Below, in pieces: positions 1 to 12,650 of a DNA stretch of 64,000 nt. Position 1 is the first letter of the stretch; each line of letters starts with the position of its first letter. Location of the stretch: contig OY740797.1 in assembly GCA_963514005.1 (NCBI GenBank), positions 43,586,001 to 43,650,000 of the forward strand, written 5' to 3'. This stretch comes from Raja brachyura (lineage: Eukaryota). The notes beneath the pieces are model-generated. The model was given only the letters and a program-made list of their open reading frames with translations. It was not told the DNA's origin and did no database searches. The position numbers and the translations under genes were made by a program.

Positions 1-27
1 ATGTGCAGAGGGACTTGGGGGGTCAAC

Positions 28-375
28 AGTCAAGAGTGTTTTATTGTCATATGTCCTGGAATGGAACAACAACATTCTAACATGCAGCAACACAACAGAT
101 ATGTAAACATAGTACTCAGTAAACTCCATGGTAAACAATGAAAAAAGTGTGTGTGTCTGTGTGTGCGTCAAACAAACAATGATAGTGCAAAGACAAAAAA
201 CAATGCTCCACAGTCTGTATGTAGTTCAGAGATTATTGTGGAGGTTGCAGTGTTTAGTGCCCTGAAGGTTGTTGGGAAGAAGCTGCTCCTGAACCTGGAC
301 GTTACAGTTATCAGGCTCCTGGACCTTCTTCCCAATGGCAGGAGTGAAGTAAGAGTCTGGCCAACATGGGGAGGT
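28..375 (-). mobile_element. Rex1/Babar-type LINE 3' end
   Basis: Minus frame LLPLGRRSRSLITVTSRFRSSFFPTTFRALN matches the LPSGRRYRS...RxRxSFFPxAIRxLN RT C-terminus. It is followed by an AT/GT-rich 3' UTR, and a related copy lies at ~46200-46690. Confidence 0.7.
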
Positions 376-699
376 GTGATCCAGATCCAGAGCTCCCTGA
401 AAATGGCAACACAAGGAGGTAGAGAGGTGAAGAAGGAGCATGGTTTTCTTTCCTTCATGCTTAGCATCAGAGAAGAGAGAAGCAGTCAGTGTTTCAGATC
501 AGTGCTGCTTCGGCAGAACTATGGGGCCAGGTCGTTAATGTGTAATTGAGCATCCCACAGTGATCCCACTCTGTGCTCCTAGAACTGCCAGTATTAATAA
601 CTTGCTGCTTGCTGAGTATGGACATAGTGGGTTCATATTTATTCTATCCCATTCATAGTTGGAAGGTGGAATTCTCTATAGAAATGTGTCATAGGTGCA

Positions 700-1132
700 A
701 AATCATGAAGGTGTGCTACCTGGATTGGAAGGTATTGCCTACAAGGAGAGGTTGAACAAAATTGGATTGGTTTCTCTGGAACGTTGGAAGTTGGGGTTCC
801 GACATGATAGACGCTTATAAAATTATAAGAGGCACGGATAAGGTAGACAGTCACGACCTTTTCCCCAGAATGGAATTGGCAAAGAATGGAGGATGTAGCT
901 TAAAGAAGAGAGGGGCAAGATTTAAAGGAGATGTGCAGAGCACATTTTTTTACACACAGAGTGGTAGATTCCTAGAACCCGCTGCTGGCAGATGGGATGG
1001 TGGCATTTAAGAGGCTTTTCAATAGGCATATGTATATGCAGGGAATGGAGGAATATGCATCAGTTGCAGGCAAAGCAGATTAGTTTAGCATCATGTTTGG
1101 CATAGACATTTTGGACCAAAGGGCTTGTTCCT
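700..1132 (+). mobile_element. CR1-type LINE 3' fragment
   Basis: DMIDAYKIIRGTDKVDSHDLFPRM...KRGARFKGDVQSTFF is the CR1 ORF2 C-terminus, followed by the typical 3' UTR (ggaccaaagggcttgttcctgtg). Confidence 0.85.
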
Positions 1133-1335
1133 GTGTAGGAAGGAATGGCAGATGCTGGTTTAAACCGCAGATAGACTCAAAAAGCTGGAGTAACTCAGCG
1201 GGTCAGACAGCATCTCTGGAAAAAAGGAATAGGTGACGTTTCGGGTCGAGACCCTTCCTCAGACTGAGAGTCTGTTCCTTCTCTCCAGAGGTGGTATCTG
1301 AGCCGCTGAGTTACTCCAGATTTGGTGTCTACCTT
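1133..1335 (-). mobile_element. Penelope-like terminal repeat foldback with hammerhead core
   Basis: gctggagtaactcagcgg...tctctgga is later mirrored by tccagag...ccgctgagttactccag. The minus strand at 1233-1266 reads cagtCTGAGGAagggtctcgacccGAAACGTCac. Confidence 0.75.
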
Positions 1336-1384
1336 TGGCATGTTTCTGCGATGTATTATTTCTATGTTTACTGCGAAGATTCTG

Positions 1385-3000
1385 CCCTAGTTTGACTTTG
1401 CAAAATGCATCACCTGACTTATCTGAATTAAATTCCATTTGCCACTCTTCAGCCAACTTGCTCAGCTGATGAAGATCTCGCTGCAATTCATGATAACCAT
1501 CTTCACTGTCTATGATACTATCTATTTTAATATCTTCTACAAACGTACTAATCATGTCTTGTGCACTCATCTAAATCATTGATGTGGATGATAAACAGCA
1601 ATAGTCCCAGCATTGATCCCTGAGGCAGACCATTAGTCACAAGCCTCCAGTCCAAAGGACAACTTTCCACTATCGCCCCTGCTTCCTACCATGAAGGCAA
1701 TCGTGCATCCAGTTAGCTATCTCTCCTTGGCTCCCATGCAATCTAACCTGCAAGAGCAGCCTACCATGCAGAACATTTTCAAAGAGTTTGTTAAAGTCCA
1801 TATGGACAATGTGTATGGTATTGTCCTCATCAAACTTCTTGGACACGTCTAAAAAAACCTCAAAATAAATTCATGACATGATTTCCGTTGTACAAAACCC
1901 TGCTGACTATGCCTAAACAGCCAGTCTATCGAAAAGATGTTTTATCTTATCCCTCAGAATCCTCTCCAGTAACTTTTCTACCATAGATGTTATGCTCACT
2001 GGTCCATAGTTCCCTTGCTTTTCCTTAAAGCCCTTCTTAATAGAAGCACAACATTAGCCACCTTCCAGCGTTTCTGCACCTCATCAGAGTCTGATAAGGA
2101 TTTGTACATTTCACCCAGTTCTCCTGCAATTTCTTCTCTAGCCTTCCACGGTGTCCTCAGATATATCTGATTAGGTGCAGGAGATTTATCTACCTTCATA
2201 TTCCTTAAGACATTCAGTACCTCCCCAACTTTAATATGGAAAGTCCTCCATTGACAGTCTCAAGTTCCCCAGTCATCATGTCTTTCTCTGCAGTAAAAAC
2301 AGAGACAAAACATTAATTGAGGACCTCTCCAACACCCTGTGGCTCCACACAGGATAACCACTTTGGTGACTCGGGAGCCCTATTCACTCTCCAGTTACCC
2401 TTTTCCCCCTAATGTTCTTATAGAATCTCTTTGGATTCTCCTTAATCTCAGAGCTTTCTCATGTCCCTTTTTTGGTGTTCCTGATTTCCTTAATTATGCT
2501 CCTCAGTCTCCGAAATTCCTCCAGGGAAGTTTAGAGATACAGCATGGAAATGGGCCCTTCAGCCTACCGAGTGCACACTGACCAGCGATCCCTGTACACT
2601 AGCACTATCCAACACTCGGGACAATTTACACTTTTTACTGAAGCCAATTAACCTACAAACCTGGATGTCTTTGGACCCTCCCAAGAAGATCTTGCCCAAT
2701 ATAGAACTTTAACTTATGGATGGCCCCTGTCCTTATCCATAACTATTCTAAAGCTAATCAAATTGCAGCCCTTGGTTCCAAAAGACTCAACCACTGACAC
2801 CTCACTCCCTTGCTCTGCTCAATTTCCTAAAAGCTTGTCATGCCTTTCCCTCCACCTTATATTGCATGAGAAGACTTTCCTGAACACCTTTCACATATCC
2901 CCCTCCACCCCCTCATCCACCCCTCCAACTAGCCCCCTGGCAATATGGCAGTCCCACTCCATATTGGGAAAGTTAAAATCCTCTATAATGACAATCCTGG
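1385..3000 (-). mobile_element. Fragmented CR1 LINE ORF2 (RT region) with many deletions, interrupted by a SINE
   Basis: Minus frames give ISTFVEDIKIDSIIDSEDGYHELQRDLHQLSKLAEEWQMEFN (cf. ISKFADDTK...LQxDLDxLxxWAxxWQMxFN) and MKVDKSPAPNQIYLRTPWKAREEIA...WKVANVV. Confidence 0.85.
2530..2675 (-). mobile_element. HE1/V-SINE 3' portion
   Basis: ttagagatacagcatggaaa...gggacaatttaca...ccaattaacctacaaacc is shared with the full-length copies in this window. Confidence 0.75.
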
Positions 3001-3054
3001 AAAAATCCTGGCATCATGACTTAGCTCACAGTGTCATCTAAAACTGGTAGAAGC

Positions 3055-3235
3055 ATGGAGACGCAGCAGACAGCACATTCCTTGAACCTTGAGCAAGTAA
3101 CAGAGTGCTGGAGGAACTCCTCTGTGGAGGGGAATGGACAGATAGCGTTGTAGATCAGGACTGACTCAAAGCATTGTGTATCCGTTTCCCTCCACAGATG
3201 CTGCCTGACCCGTTGAGTTAATGCAGCACCTTTTG
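3055..3235. mobile_element. Degenerate Penelope-like terminal repeat foldback
   Basis: gtgctggaggaactc...ctgtggaggggaatggaca is mirrored by tccgtttccctccacagatgctgcctgacccgttgagtta. Confidence 0.6.
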
Positions 3236-5090
3236 CATCAGTAGATGAGGTTCTACCCCTATCACTGATCCCTCAAAGTGCGCTGCCCTTAATATTGTAA
3301 AACCAATAATGGTAGTTGTTCAAAGTGATCTAATAGAGAGACAGAGTTGCAATGGAGATATCGGAACGATCCACGTGCTCCACCTGTTGTCTACCGGCTC
3401 ATAATTGTAATGTCTGACATGTCAATGCAAATTCAATATGTGGCATTTCTGTTTGATTGCAACATATCTTGGTTTGTAAATATGTGACTCATACAAAAGG
3501 TTTGTGGTTATTGTACATGCAATGAAACCCCCAGGCTGGTGGTGGAGTTCCTTGATTATTATCTTCCACATAACTAGGCCTGGCAACAATTGTTGGTTGG
3601 AGGATATGTAACTTGTTTTAATATGAACATATTTGTGGTTAATACCTTTTTTCACTTTTTACTATCATATAATGTATTCATTTTAACTGGCACGAGAGCG
3701 AATATGTTTGAGTTTGCATTCAGAAGAAGATAGGATGCTTTACAACATTCTGATTTCTAGTGCTGCTATTCTGTCCCAATTAACATTACTATTTGAAATA
3801 ACAAAATGCTCATTTTGTATTGTTCCTGAACTATATTGCTAGAAAGAAGTGGCACTATGGAACGCATGGAAATCCCTTTCAGCTACATTTTTAATACAGG
3901 TGTTAACTTGTTAATTTTAAATACATTACTGGCTTGATTAAAATAGTAGATATGTTTGCATAATTATATTGCGCAAACCACTTGAGTAAAAGATGGTTTT
4001 TAAACTTTAATATGAATATTTTTTAATGTGGCCAGTGACTCAGTGGTGTGTGAACATTTATCTAATTGTGATCTTAGTGTGATTAAGCTCAACATCGCGT
4101 TTGAAAGAGAAACACAAAACTGGAAACGAAAGATTCTGGATAGATAGGTAGTGTGTATTACATCGAAACAGAAAATGCTTGCAACTCGTTCTAGTTCAGG
4201 CAGCATCTGTGGAAAGACAAATGCAATTAGTATTTCAGGTTGATGATGCAAGATGCTGCCCACATTTCTCTTTCCACGGAAGCGCTCTAATAATCCTCCC
4301 ATTTCCGACATTTTCTGCTGTTTTTTCTCTCAGATTTACAGTGTCTGCAGGTTTTTTTTTGATTCTCATTGACTGTGCATGGTAAATCAGCTGGTCGAGT
4401 TAATAGTAAAATAACAGAAGATCCGTCACGCGTTCAAGTAACAATAAAGAACCAGCTGATGCCTTGAACAGCAAGAGTTCTTCCCAAAAATAAACAGCCA
4501 TAAATGTTCATCAATGTAAAGGCTGACTAAGGAATTAAAAGGAAAGTTATACAAAATGCAAAAGCCCGCACAGAGCATGGTGACCAGGACAGAGAAATGG
4601 AGGCATTACAGATGGCACGGTCTACAAAAAGGGGAGCGTGAAGTGAATTGTGCAAAACTATTAACAAGATTTTTTTCCACTTACATATCAAAAGGAGGTT
4701 GATCAAGAGCAAGAAGGACCCCAGGAAAACTGTTAACAGTGACATTGTAAATGAAAATACTGACATATTGAAAAATTACTTTGTGTCGGTATTTACAATA
4801 GTAGATGAGGGTGGCGTGCCGGGTCTCTGAAGAAAGTCAATGTTGATGTGAATGGGGACTCAGCAGAATTTACATTAAGATTAAAGAATAGACTAGAAGT
4901 GTAAAGAATAGATGTCTCCATTCACTAGTTTAAAGGATGCTGGAGATAACTTTTCAGGTACTTGGACCAGCGTTATGTTAGACATTGCCTGATTTGAGAG
5001 CTGTTCTTTTTAATTGGATGATTGTACCTATCAGACTTCTATTTAAGTAAGTGGGAAAATAAAACCATGACCCAGCATTTGTTATCTGCA

Positions 5091-5185
5091 GTTTAGTTTA
5101 GGCTAGTTTAGAGATACAGTGCGGAAACAGGCCCTTCGGCCCACCGAGCCCGTGCAGATCAGTGACTCCCGCACACCAACACTAT

Positions 5186-5226
<41 letters not shown>

Positions 5227-5443
5227 GGGACAATTTACAATTTAACCAAAGCCAATTAAACTACAAACCTGTACATCTTTGTGGTGTGGGAGGAAACTGG
5301 AACACCTGGAGAAAACCCACGCAGGTCATGGGGAGAACGTACAAACTCCGTACAGACAGCACCCGTAGTCAGGATTGAACCGGGTCTCCGGTGCTGCAAG
5401 CGCTGTAAGGCAGCAACTCTACCACTGTGCCACCATGCTACCC
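5091..5443 (-). mobile_element. HE1-like tRNA-derived V-SINE with internal (CA)n
   Basis: The minus strand begins gggtagcatggtggcacagtggtagagttgctgcc (A-box head), then a B-box-like ggttcaatcc, the V-domain gggttttctccaggtgttccagtttcctcccacac and a (taaac)n tail. (CA)n runs at ~5189-5225. Confidence 0.85.
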
Positions 5444-5524
5444 TAAGCTATTAGAATCTGCAAAAAAAACTGTAGACTCAATGGGCCGAATGGCCTAATT
5501 CTTCTATGACTTATGAACATGAAA

Positions 5525-5616
5525 AAGCCGACTGCTGGAGGAACTCAGCAAGCCAGGCAGCATCAATGGACGGAATGGACAGATGATGTTTCGGATTGAG
5601 ACCCTTCTTCAGACTG
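5525..5616 (-). mobile_element. Penelope-like terminal repeat fragment
   Basis: tgctggaggaactcagc...ggcagcatc...gatgtttcggattgagacccttcttcagactg, with a degenerate hammerhead core on the minus strand. Confidence 0.65.
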
Positions 5617-5925
5617 TTTCAGGAAATGGATAAGTCTGCAGTAATGGTATTTCAGTGTTGGCAAACGTCATCCATTCTACATAAAAGAGATATGACAAAG
5701 TGCTTCTTGGACAGTATGTAGTGATTGAGAGCACTTTTGTGCAAGCACTTCCCAAACAAGCAGTCTCTAACACTACAAATGTTAAGTCAGCAGTTATGTG
5801 ACAAGTTTATCATCTACAAGTTCTTCTCTAAATTTCACATCCTGAGATGGAATTATCATCACTGCTTCTTCAATGCTGGGTCAAATCTACAAAATCCATG
5901 CATTGTAGTGCAGCAATTATTGTGC

Positions 5926-6169
5926 AAATAATCTGACTGCACAAAGTGCTTATCTTTAACAGTAAAAAGTGAGATTTGAGATAGTGACACAATTGTAATC
6001 TAAAGTTAATATAAGGTCTAAATATCCTTGCCTTGATAGCACCGGATGGGATGGAGCATTAAATGAGGCACTTCCTAATCAAGTGTTATCGTTACAGAAT
6101 AAATCTCCATTCATTTCTGCATCATCCACCTCCCCAACCAATACCTCCAATCCCCACTCCTTGAGAAGT
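5926..6169 (+). repeat. Copy 1 of a ~245-bp local direct duplication
   Basis: aaataatctgactgcacaaagtgcttatctttaacagtaaaaagtgagatttg...ctccttgagaagt recurs at 7212-7453. Confidence 0.95.
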
Positions 6170-6739
6170 GTCCTGCATTGGCTTGGTGCAGTTTACACAA
6201 TCACCAACTCATGGGTGGACATGAGGTGCTGTTCTTCCCAGCAAAGTCCACAATCTATCACTTGACATTTGCAGTCTGAGTTGACAGCTGGCTGCACTGG
6301 AGGGATATCATTTGGACTAGGTATTGAAAGAAGTCTGGCTCTTGAGTAAATACAGCTACACTAAGCAACATCTAGGGATGGAAAATAAGTGGTGGGACAG
6401 AATCCAGAAGTAGGAACAGCTGACCAGAGACATTCTTCCTATGAACAGCATTAAAGCATTGGCTTTCGTACTGTTTATACATTAACCCATGCACACTGTT
6501 ACAGTGGCCAAACCCTGAAACCTCCTTGTTGCCTGCTGTTGATTCACTGACGATGTTAGTAGACTCATGGACTGGCCTTCCACCTCAATTAGTTTTGAGC
6601 ACAACACTTTGAATGGATACTAATGAAAGAATGATCCAAAAGCAAAATATGTGAATGCTGTAAATCAAAAGTAAAACAGAAAATGCTGAAAATACTCAGC
6701 TTATCTGCGACACCTGTGAGGGGATTAAAAGTTATTTCA

Positions 6740-7050
6740 GGGACGGCACGGTGACATAGCGGGAGAGTTATTGCCTTACAGTGCCAGAGATCCAGGTTCG
6801 ATCCTGACTAAGGGTGCCGTCCATATGGAGTTTGGACTTTTCCCCATGACCTGTGTGGGTTTTCTCCAGGTGCTCTGGTTTCCTCCCACACTCCAATGAC
6901 GTACAAGTTTGTAGAATTAATTGGCCTTGGTTATAAAATATCGTAAAGTGTCCCTAGCGTGTATGATAGTGTTAAGTGTGTGCAGGGATCGCTGGCCGGC
7001 GTGGGCTGAAGGGCTCTGTTTCCGCACTGAATCACTAAACGAAACTAATA
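6740..7050 (+). mobile_element. HE1-like V-SINE
   Basis: Head gggacggcacggtgacatagcgggagag, B box ggttcgatcc, V-domain, and a ctaaacgaaactaa tail. Confidence 0.85.
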
Positions 7051-7211
7051 ATAAATCAATGACCTTTCATCTTTGGTGAAAATAGCCATCTAACTTCAGG
7101 GATTTTTTTATTAGTTGGAATACTTCCCACTGGTTGAAGAAATCTGTTCACTGCCCATGAATGTTCACATTATGATTGTTGGCCTCCTTCATCTGTAACT
7201 GTGGAAACTGA

Positions 7212-7453
7212 AAATAATTTGACTGCACAAAGTGCTTATCTTTAACAGTAAAAAGTGAGATTTGACATAGTGACGCAATTGTAATCTAAAGTTAATATAA
7301 GGTCCAAATATCCTTGGCTTGATAGCACCGGAACGGACGGAGAGTGAAATGAGGCACTTCCTAATCATGTGTTATTGTTACTGAATACAGCTCCATTCAC
7401 TTTTGCATCATCTACTGCTCCAACTACCTCCAATCGCCTCCTCCTTGAGAAGT
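7212..7453 (+). repeat. Copy 2 of a ~245-bp local direct duplication
   Basis: Aligns colinearly with 5926-6169. Confidence 0.95.
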
Positions 7454-7639
7454 TGCCTTAACCCTTGCTTGCAGAAGAATAGCCCTCACTGCAATTTTGT
7501 TGCCAGCACCAGTAAGTTCATGATTCAACTGTGCAGCTGACATTGTCACTGGTGCAGAACACACTAGGAGTCCACAGACATAGGCCCTTCGGAACACTGA
7601 TTCCACACTTACCATTAAGCACCCATTTACACTTTTTTT

Positions 7640-7926
7640 TAGTTTAGTTTGATTTAGAGATACAGTGCGGAAACACCTTTGACCCACCTTGTCCGCCCCG
7701 ACCACCGATCCCCGCGCACTAACGCTATCCTGCACACTAGGAATCATTTACAATTATACTGAACCCACAAACCTGTACGTCTTTGGAGTGTGGGAGGAAA
7801 CCAGTGCACCCGGAGAAAACCCTCGCAGGTCATGGGGAGAGCGTACAAACTCCCTACAGACAAGCAGCCGTGGTCAGGATTGAGCCCGGGTCTCTGGTGG
7901 TGTAGGGCAGCACCACCGTGCCGCAC
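7640..7926 (-). mobile_element. HE1-like V-SINE nested in an older SINE remnant
   Basis: Same structure as 5091-5443. The flanks ...catttacact / aatcttaccc... appear to continue an older SINE. Confidence 0.8.
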
Positions 7927-8209
7927 TAATCTTACCCTAATTTTATTCCCCTCACGTTTCCCTGTTATTTTTATTTGGATTTGATTCTGTTTATCTCAGA
8001 CGATAATTTTATTTAAACCAGTTTGGTGCTGATTGTTAACATTTGATGCTGCTGATGAAACACTAGAGTCACATTTTAGTTGAGGAGCACAGAACACAGT
8101 ATCAGGTTCCATGAGAAACTGCCACTGAAATAAATGTGTAATGGTTTCTTACAGTTAGCAGGTAGGTGAACTGTTAACCTGAACAGTCAAAGGACAGCTG
8201 TACAAATAA

Positions 8210-8575
8210 TCATGCCAATATTGTTACGCTTTTTGATGAGCTGCCAGTTCTAAACCATTGATCCTGGAATATGAGTTTGAATCTAACTGTAAAAGTTGGG
8301 GAATTTATATTCAAGTACTAAAATAAAATATATACATAAAAAAAAGTTAGACTCAGTATTGGTAGCTAAAAAAAACTGCTTGAGTGTTGTAAAAATCCCA
8401 TCTAGGTTATTCATGACCTTCAGAAAGGGAAATTTGCCATCTTTTTCTGATCAGGTCCTGTGCAACTTAAGAGCCGTCAATATGGTTGACTTAAATGCCT
8501 CCGTAGTTCAGGGGCTATTAGGTATGGATGATAAATGCCAACATTGCCAATGACATCCACTTGCATAAAAAAAAT
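8210..8575 (+). mobile_element. Old elasmobranch SINE (non-HE1) with CR1-like tail
   Basis: gttgtaaaaatcccatctaggttattcatgaccttcagaaagggaaatttgccatc...ggtatggatgataaatgcc resembles a common shark SINE. A related fragment lies at ~57110-57215. Confidence 0.5.
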
Positions 8576-8819
8576 CAATAAAGTTCTCAAGAAAATGCTG
8601 CTACTTAAAACTGAGAGCATCAGGAATTCAGGAAGTATTGAATTTGGTGAGGAAAAAACACATTGGGTTTTTGGTTGAAAAAATAACAGGGGAGGGGAGG
8701 GATTGAGTGAACTGTCCAGGTTGTGTTAATCCAAGTTCAGAAATTTAAACCCATTGCACTTTGGTTATGTTTGCAACAGCACTCATTACAAACAGGGATA
8801 GCACAGTGGAAGGTGAAGG

Positions 8820-8928
8820 TAGGCACAACACGCTGGAGCAACTCAGCAAGTCAGGCAGCATCTCTGGAGAAAAGGAAGAGGTAACGTTTCGGGTCGAGAC
8901 CCCCCCCCCCCCCCCCCCCCCTTCTTCA
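8820..8928 (-). mobile_element. Penelope-like terminal repeat with poly-C expansion
   Basis: gctggagcaactcagcaagtcaggcagcatctctggag...acgtttcgggtcgaga(C)n ttcttca. Confidence 0.75.
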
Positions 8929-11036
8929 CGTGAGCTGGCTATCTAAGGATGGTATGAAAATAGATGACAACAATGTGGAAAGGAATCTGCTGGTATATGT
9001 GGCACTTAGCATAGGGAATGGCTGTGGAGATTGCTTTGGTCAAACTGGGCGTTGAGAATTGGTGGTCCACGCTGAACAAAAAAAACAAATAGCTAAGCTA
9101 CAGTGGCGATGGAGAACAAGAGCCACGCGATTCATTGGTATCAAAGGTTAAAATAGGGGACATGCACAGTAAACTGAGGCTCTGTAACGTAATGAATATT
9201 ATTCAATTTGAGGAAACTCAGCATATTATTCCAGCCTTCCCAGAGCATTGTTCAGAGGTACTTGGGTCACTGGGTAATTTATTTTGTGGGCTTGCTGGGT
9301 CTTTGTCATGCAGACCCTCGAGGTGAAGAATCAAGGGGCCTATTCCCTTGCCACTTCAAAGTATCAAAGAGGCTCCCCACCACAATGAGTTTAGTTAAAT
9401 CCTGGCTGCTAGCAGGATCAGTGATGATGTGACGATTTTGTGACTAGCAAAGCTCCTGCTGCACGCCGGCCAAGCTGAAGAGGAGACGGCAATGCGATCC
9501 AGAAAGGGTGACCTTAGCTTGATACATATTTTGTTGGAGCATCCAGTTATATGCTGAAATAATTTTTGATAAAATAACTGAGAAATGCAGTCTGCTCCAC
9601 TGGTTAGTGTGTTTGTTTTTTGCCAGATATATCAAAATAATCAGAGAGGGCTGATAATTTGTTTGCAATAAATGAAAGCTGTTACATTTATTTCCCTCTT
9701 TTAAAAGTGTGGCCGATTGGCAACTTGTTTTCACCATCACAAAAGTGAGCGCAATTGAATGATTTCTGCCTGGGTTCTGGAACTGGTTGAAAAGCACTTG
9801 CTAACTGTGTTTGCACAAAGCTAATGAGGCCTTGTAGAACTGATCTGCCATTGATCGTTTTGATCAATTTCAGACCTGGTAAGATACAAATACCCATTTG
9901 ATTAGTGTCGTAGTAATCCTTGGGGCAATTCTGCTCAGTGCTCAGTAACATCTGTACGATAAAGAGAAGCCTGCTGACGGTGGAAATGTGTTTACAAAGA
10001 TGTCGTTTTCGTGAGTGCAAGCCTGTGATATCAACTTTTCCTAGAATGCTGCAAATGTGGTCAATGCACATTTATGAAGATTAGAAAACAAATTCTGTCC
10101 AATTTGTTGCACTTTTGATAAAGTATCAGAATCCATACAAAGACGTTCACATGATATTTCTCAGTCGCAGGACTTTTCTCTGAATGTGTTAGAGCAGGAG
10201 TGCTGAGATGCTAGCACTGATGTGTTCCAGGAATTAACTGCACAGTGTTCTTGCTTTATCCTCCTCATTCAGCAGTCCTTTGGCTTTGGAGGATTGCTGA
10301 TTTCCACTCTGTAGATTCTGAGGTAGCTAATGAAGCCGAGGTACCCTAGCAAGTGGTAGTAGCTGATGGGGCAGGTGTGTGGAGCTGATGAGACAGGCGG
10401 GTGGATAGTTTGTGAGGTGGAGCACTCCTTTCTTGATGTACGCAGGCAAGTGTGTGCTCCTGTTGTTCGGCCTTTTGGATTATAACACAATAAATGCTAT
10501 TTTATGCACATCCTTGAACCATTTTCTCTCTCTGCCCGGTAATGTCCCCCCAAGGCTGAGGTCAGATTCTGTTTCGGAAATCTATGTCAGGCAGGCAGGC
10601 AAACAAAATGGCCAGCCAAATGAACCCAACCACGAGTAACTTGTGCCTCAGCAACAGGAAAGAATGTTAACTTTGGATCTCTTGTCCTTTCACAAAATGT
10701 GTAAGATTTTCGCAGAGACAGCACTGGGGGGATTTTTCCAGACCTCGTGTTGCCTGCTGCCAGTAGTACAGGTGTCATAAGCATACAGGAAAGCTGGGGT
10801 CACTATTGCCCTGTAGAGCACAGGTTTTGGGCCAGGTCTAAGTCTTTAACAATCTCTTCCTCAATTGATTAAAGGATGCTCTTGCATTCTGTATCCTAAT
10901 GTAGGCTTCTGGAAATATTACTTTCTTAGGCAAAATTGCCAGGAAAGGTTAGTAGGAATTTGCTTCCAGCTATTTTCAGCCAAATCTGTGCGATTCCTCT
11001 TGAATATTGCATAAAGCTGGAGAATCTATGAACTGA

Positions 11037-11047
11037 AAGATGGCGGC
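11037..11047 (+). promoter_or_regulatory. YY1 consensus site
   Basis: AAGATGGCGGC matches the YY1 core exactly and has kept its CpG in CpG-poor DNA. This is motif evidence only. Confidence 0.3.
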
Positions 11048-11226
11048 CAACATGTGCCTGTTCATCTGACATGTGGACTGACAGCTAATAGAGATATTAG
11101 AAAGAATGACTTTGTCTTGATCGAATGGTGGTTGGATGGACATGAAGGCTTGCTGACGATCAAGGCAACTGCGTTCCAACTGCCCACTCTGCTATGAAGC
11201 CAGTGTTTCACTGTCCCAAAGGGTTA

Positions 11227-11433
11227 AGGGCCTGTCCCACGGTGATATTTTTTGGCGACTGCGACGTCATATCAGTGTCGCCAAAAGATTTCGAACATTT
11301 CAAAATCCATGGGCGACACTTGAAAAAGCACCGCGCGTCAAACGACATCACACCGCAAATTTCTCGGTGACCTGATCCATCAGTCAATGATGGCGGCAGT
11401 CGCCGAAAAAAATCGCCAAGTGGGACAAGCCCT
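11227..11433. mobile_element. PIF/Harbinger-type MITE
   Basis: TIRs AGGGCCTGTCCCAC / GTGGGACAAGCCCT, exact TTA target duplication (11224-11226, 11434-11436), and an internally palindromic body. Confidence 0.85.
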
Positions 11434-11546
11434 TTAGAATCTCGGTCTATGCCCACGTTGTGATTGCACCAGCATCCTTTGGCCTTTCCTAGTCTCAACT
11501 TCTGGATGGGTAATTCTCTTTCTCAAAGTAGGATTACATTCTATAT

Positions 11547-11666
11547 ATCTGAAAAAATGTCTTGACCCAAAACGTTACCCATTCCTTCTCTCCAGAGATG
11601 TTGCCTGTCCCACTGAGCTACTCCAGCTTTTTAAATCAACATCAGTAGTTCTTCCCTACACACTTA
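11547..11666 (+). mobile_element. Penelope-like terminal repeat fragment
   Basis: tctgaaaaaatgtcttgacccaaaacgttacccattccttctctccagagatg. Probable TSD ttacattctatat (11534-11546) / ttatattctatat (12949-12961), separated by the Helitron. Confidence 0.7.
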
Positions 11667-12062
11667 TCTATATATTACTAAAAGTCTGATCTTGACCACT
11701 TCCTGGTGTTCTGTAGAAAAACATTTTAGAAAAAACGCTGCCACTTACGGCTGTGATTTTTGGCCATCTTACTCAGAGTCCCCCTCCGCTGCGCAGGATA
11801 AGAGGATTTTTCCCATGGATAAAAAATAAAAGAGTTGATAGTGTTTAAAAAATGTTGAGGTTCTCTCTCCTGAAGGCAACGCCCCTTCCGGAGGGACTAT
11901 AAAACCCGGAAGTGTTGAGTGCCTCAGTTAGTCTCTGCAAGATGGGGGTGCGAGAGGGTCATGTCGCTCAGTCTGAGCTGTGAATAACACTGAACACATG
12001 TCTACTAAACTGTGAGTGGTTTTACTGACTTGTCAGTGCCCTTACTGTGGTTTGAAAATATA

Positions 12063-12209
12063 GTTTGGAAATGCTAAAGCTGTGTTGCCTTTGGTTTGGA
12101 AATGCTAAAGCTGTGTTGCCTTTGGTTTGGAAATGCTAAAGCTGTATTGCCTAATTAAAGTTGCCTTGTCTAATTAAAGTTGCCTTGCCTAATTAAAGTT
12201 GCCTTGCCT
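12063..12209 (+). repeat. Minisatellites inside the Helitron: 31-mer x3 then 19-mer x3
   Basis: gtttggaaatgctaaagctgtgttgcctttg at 12063/12094/12125; ctaattaaagttgccttg(t/c) at 12151/12170/12189. Confidence 0.95.
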
Positions 12210-12528
12210 TCTATATAATTAAAAGTCTAATCTTGACCACTTCTTGTTTGCGCTTTATATTGATTTTAGAAAAACGCTACCACGTACGGCTGTGTTTTTT
12301 GGCCATCTTACTCAGAGTCCCCCTCCTATCATCAGGTGCCAAGGAATTTTCCCATCGATGAAAAATAAGAGTTATTAGTGTTTAAAAAATGTTGAAATTC
12401 TCTCTCCTGTCAAGAAGGCCATGCCCCTTCTGGTGAGAAGGGGGGGAGGGACTATAAAACCCAGAAGTGTGGGCGTGGCACTGTCTTTGCAAGATGGAGG
12501 AGGGAGAGGTCATGACTCGCTGTCTTTA

Positions 12529-12650
12529 GTGGCCTTGCACCCTGCCTGAAATGGTATGAAACTGCACGTGAATTTGGTGGTCTTGCACCCTGTTTGAAGT
12601 GGTAAGAAACTGCACTTGAATTTGGTGGCCTTGCACCCTGCTTGAAATGG
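12529..12650 (+). repeat. 48-bp tandem repeat (~2.5 copies) inside the Helitron
   Basis: gtggccttgcaccctg..tgaa.tggta.gaaactgcac.tgaatttg at 12529, 12577 and 12625. Confidence 0.9.

Noticed and set aside
6740-6810. tRNA genes at SINE heads (also 5443, 25622, 27933, 54543)
   Set aside because: The A/B boxes continue into a V-domain and LINE-type tail, and no complete cloverleaf was seen.
5926-7453. Direct repeats as the LTRs of a retrotransposon or TRIM
   Set aside because: No TG...CA termini, primer-binding site, polypurine tract or TSD were recognised.
12063-12650. Repeat arrays as CRISPR
   Set aside because: The units are head-to-tail with no unique spacers, lie inside a Helitron in vertebrate DNA, and there are no cas genes.
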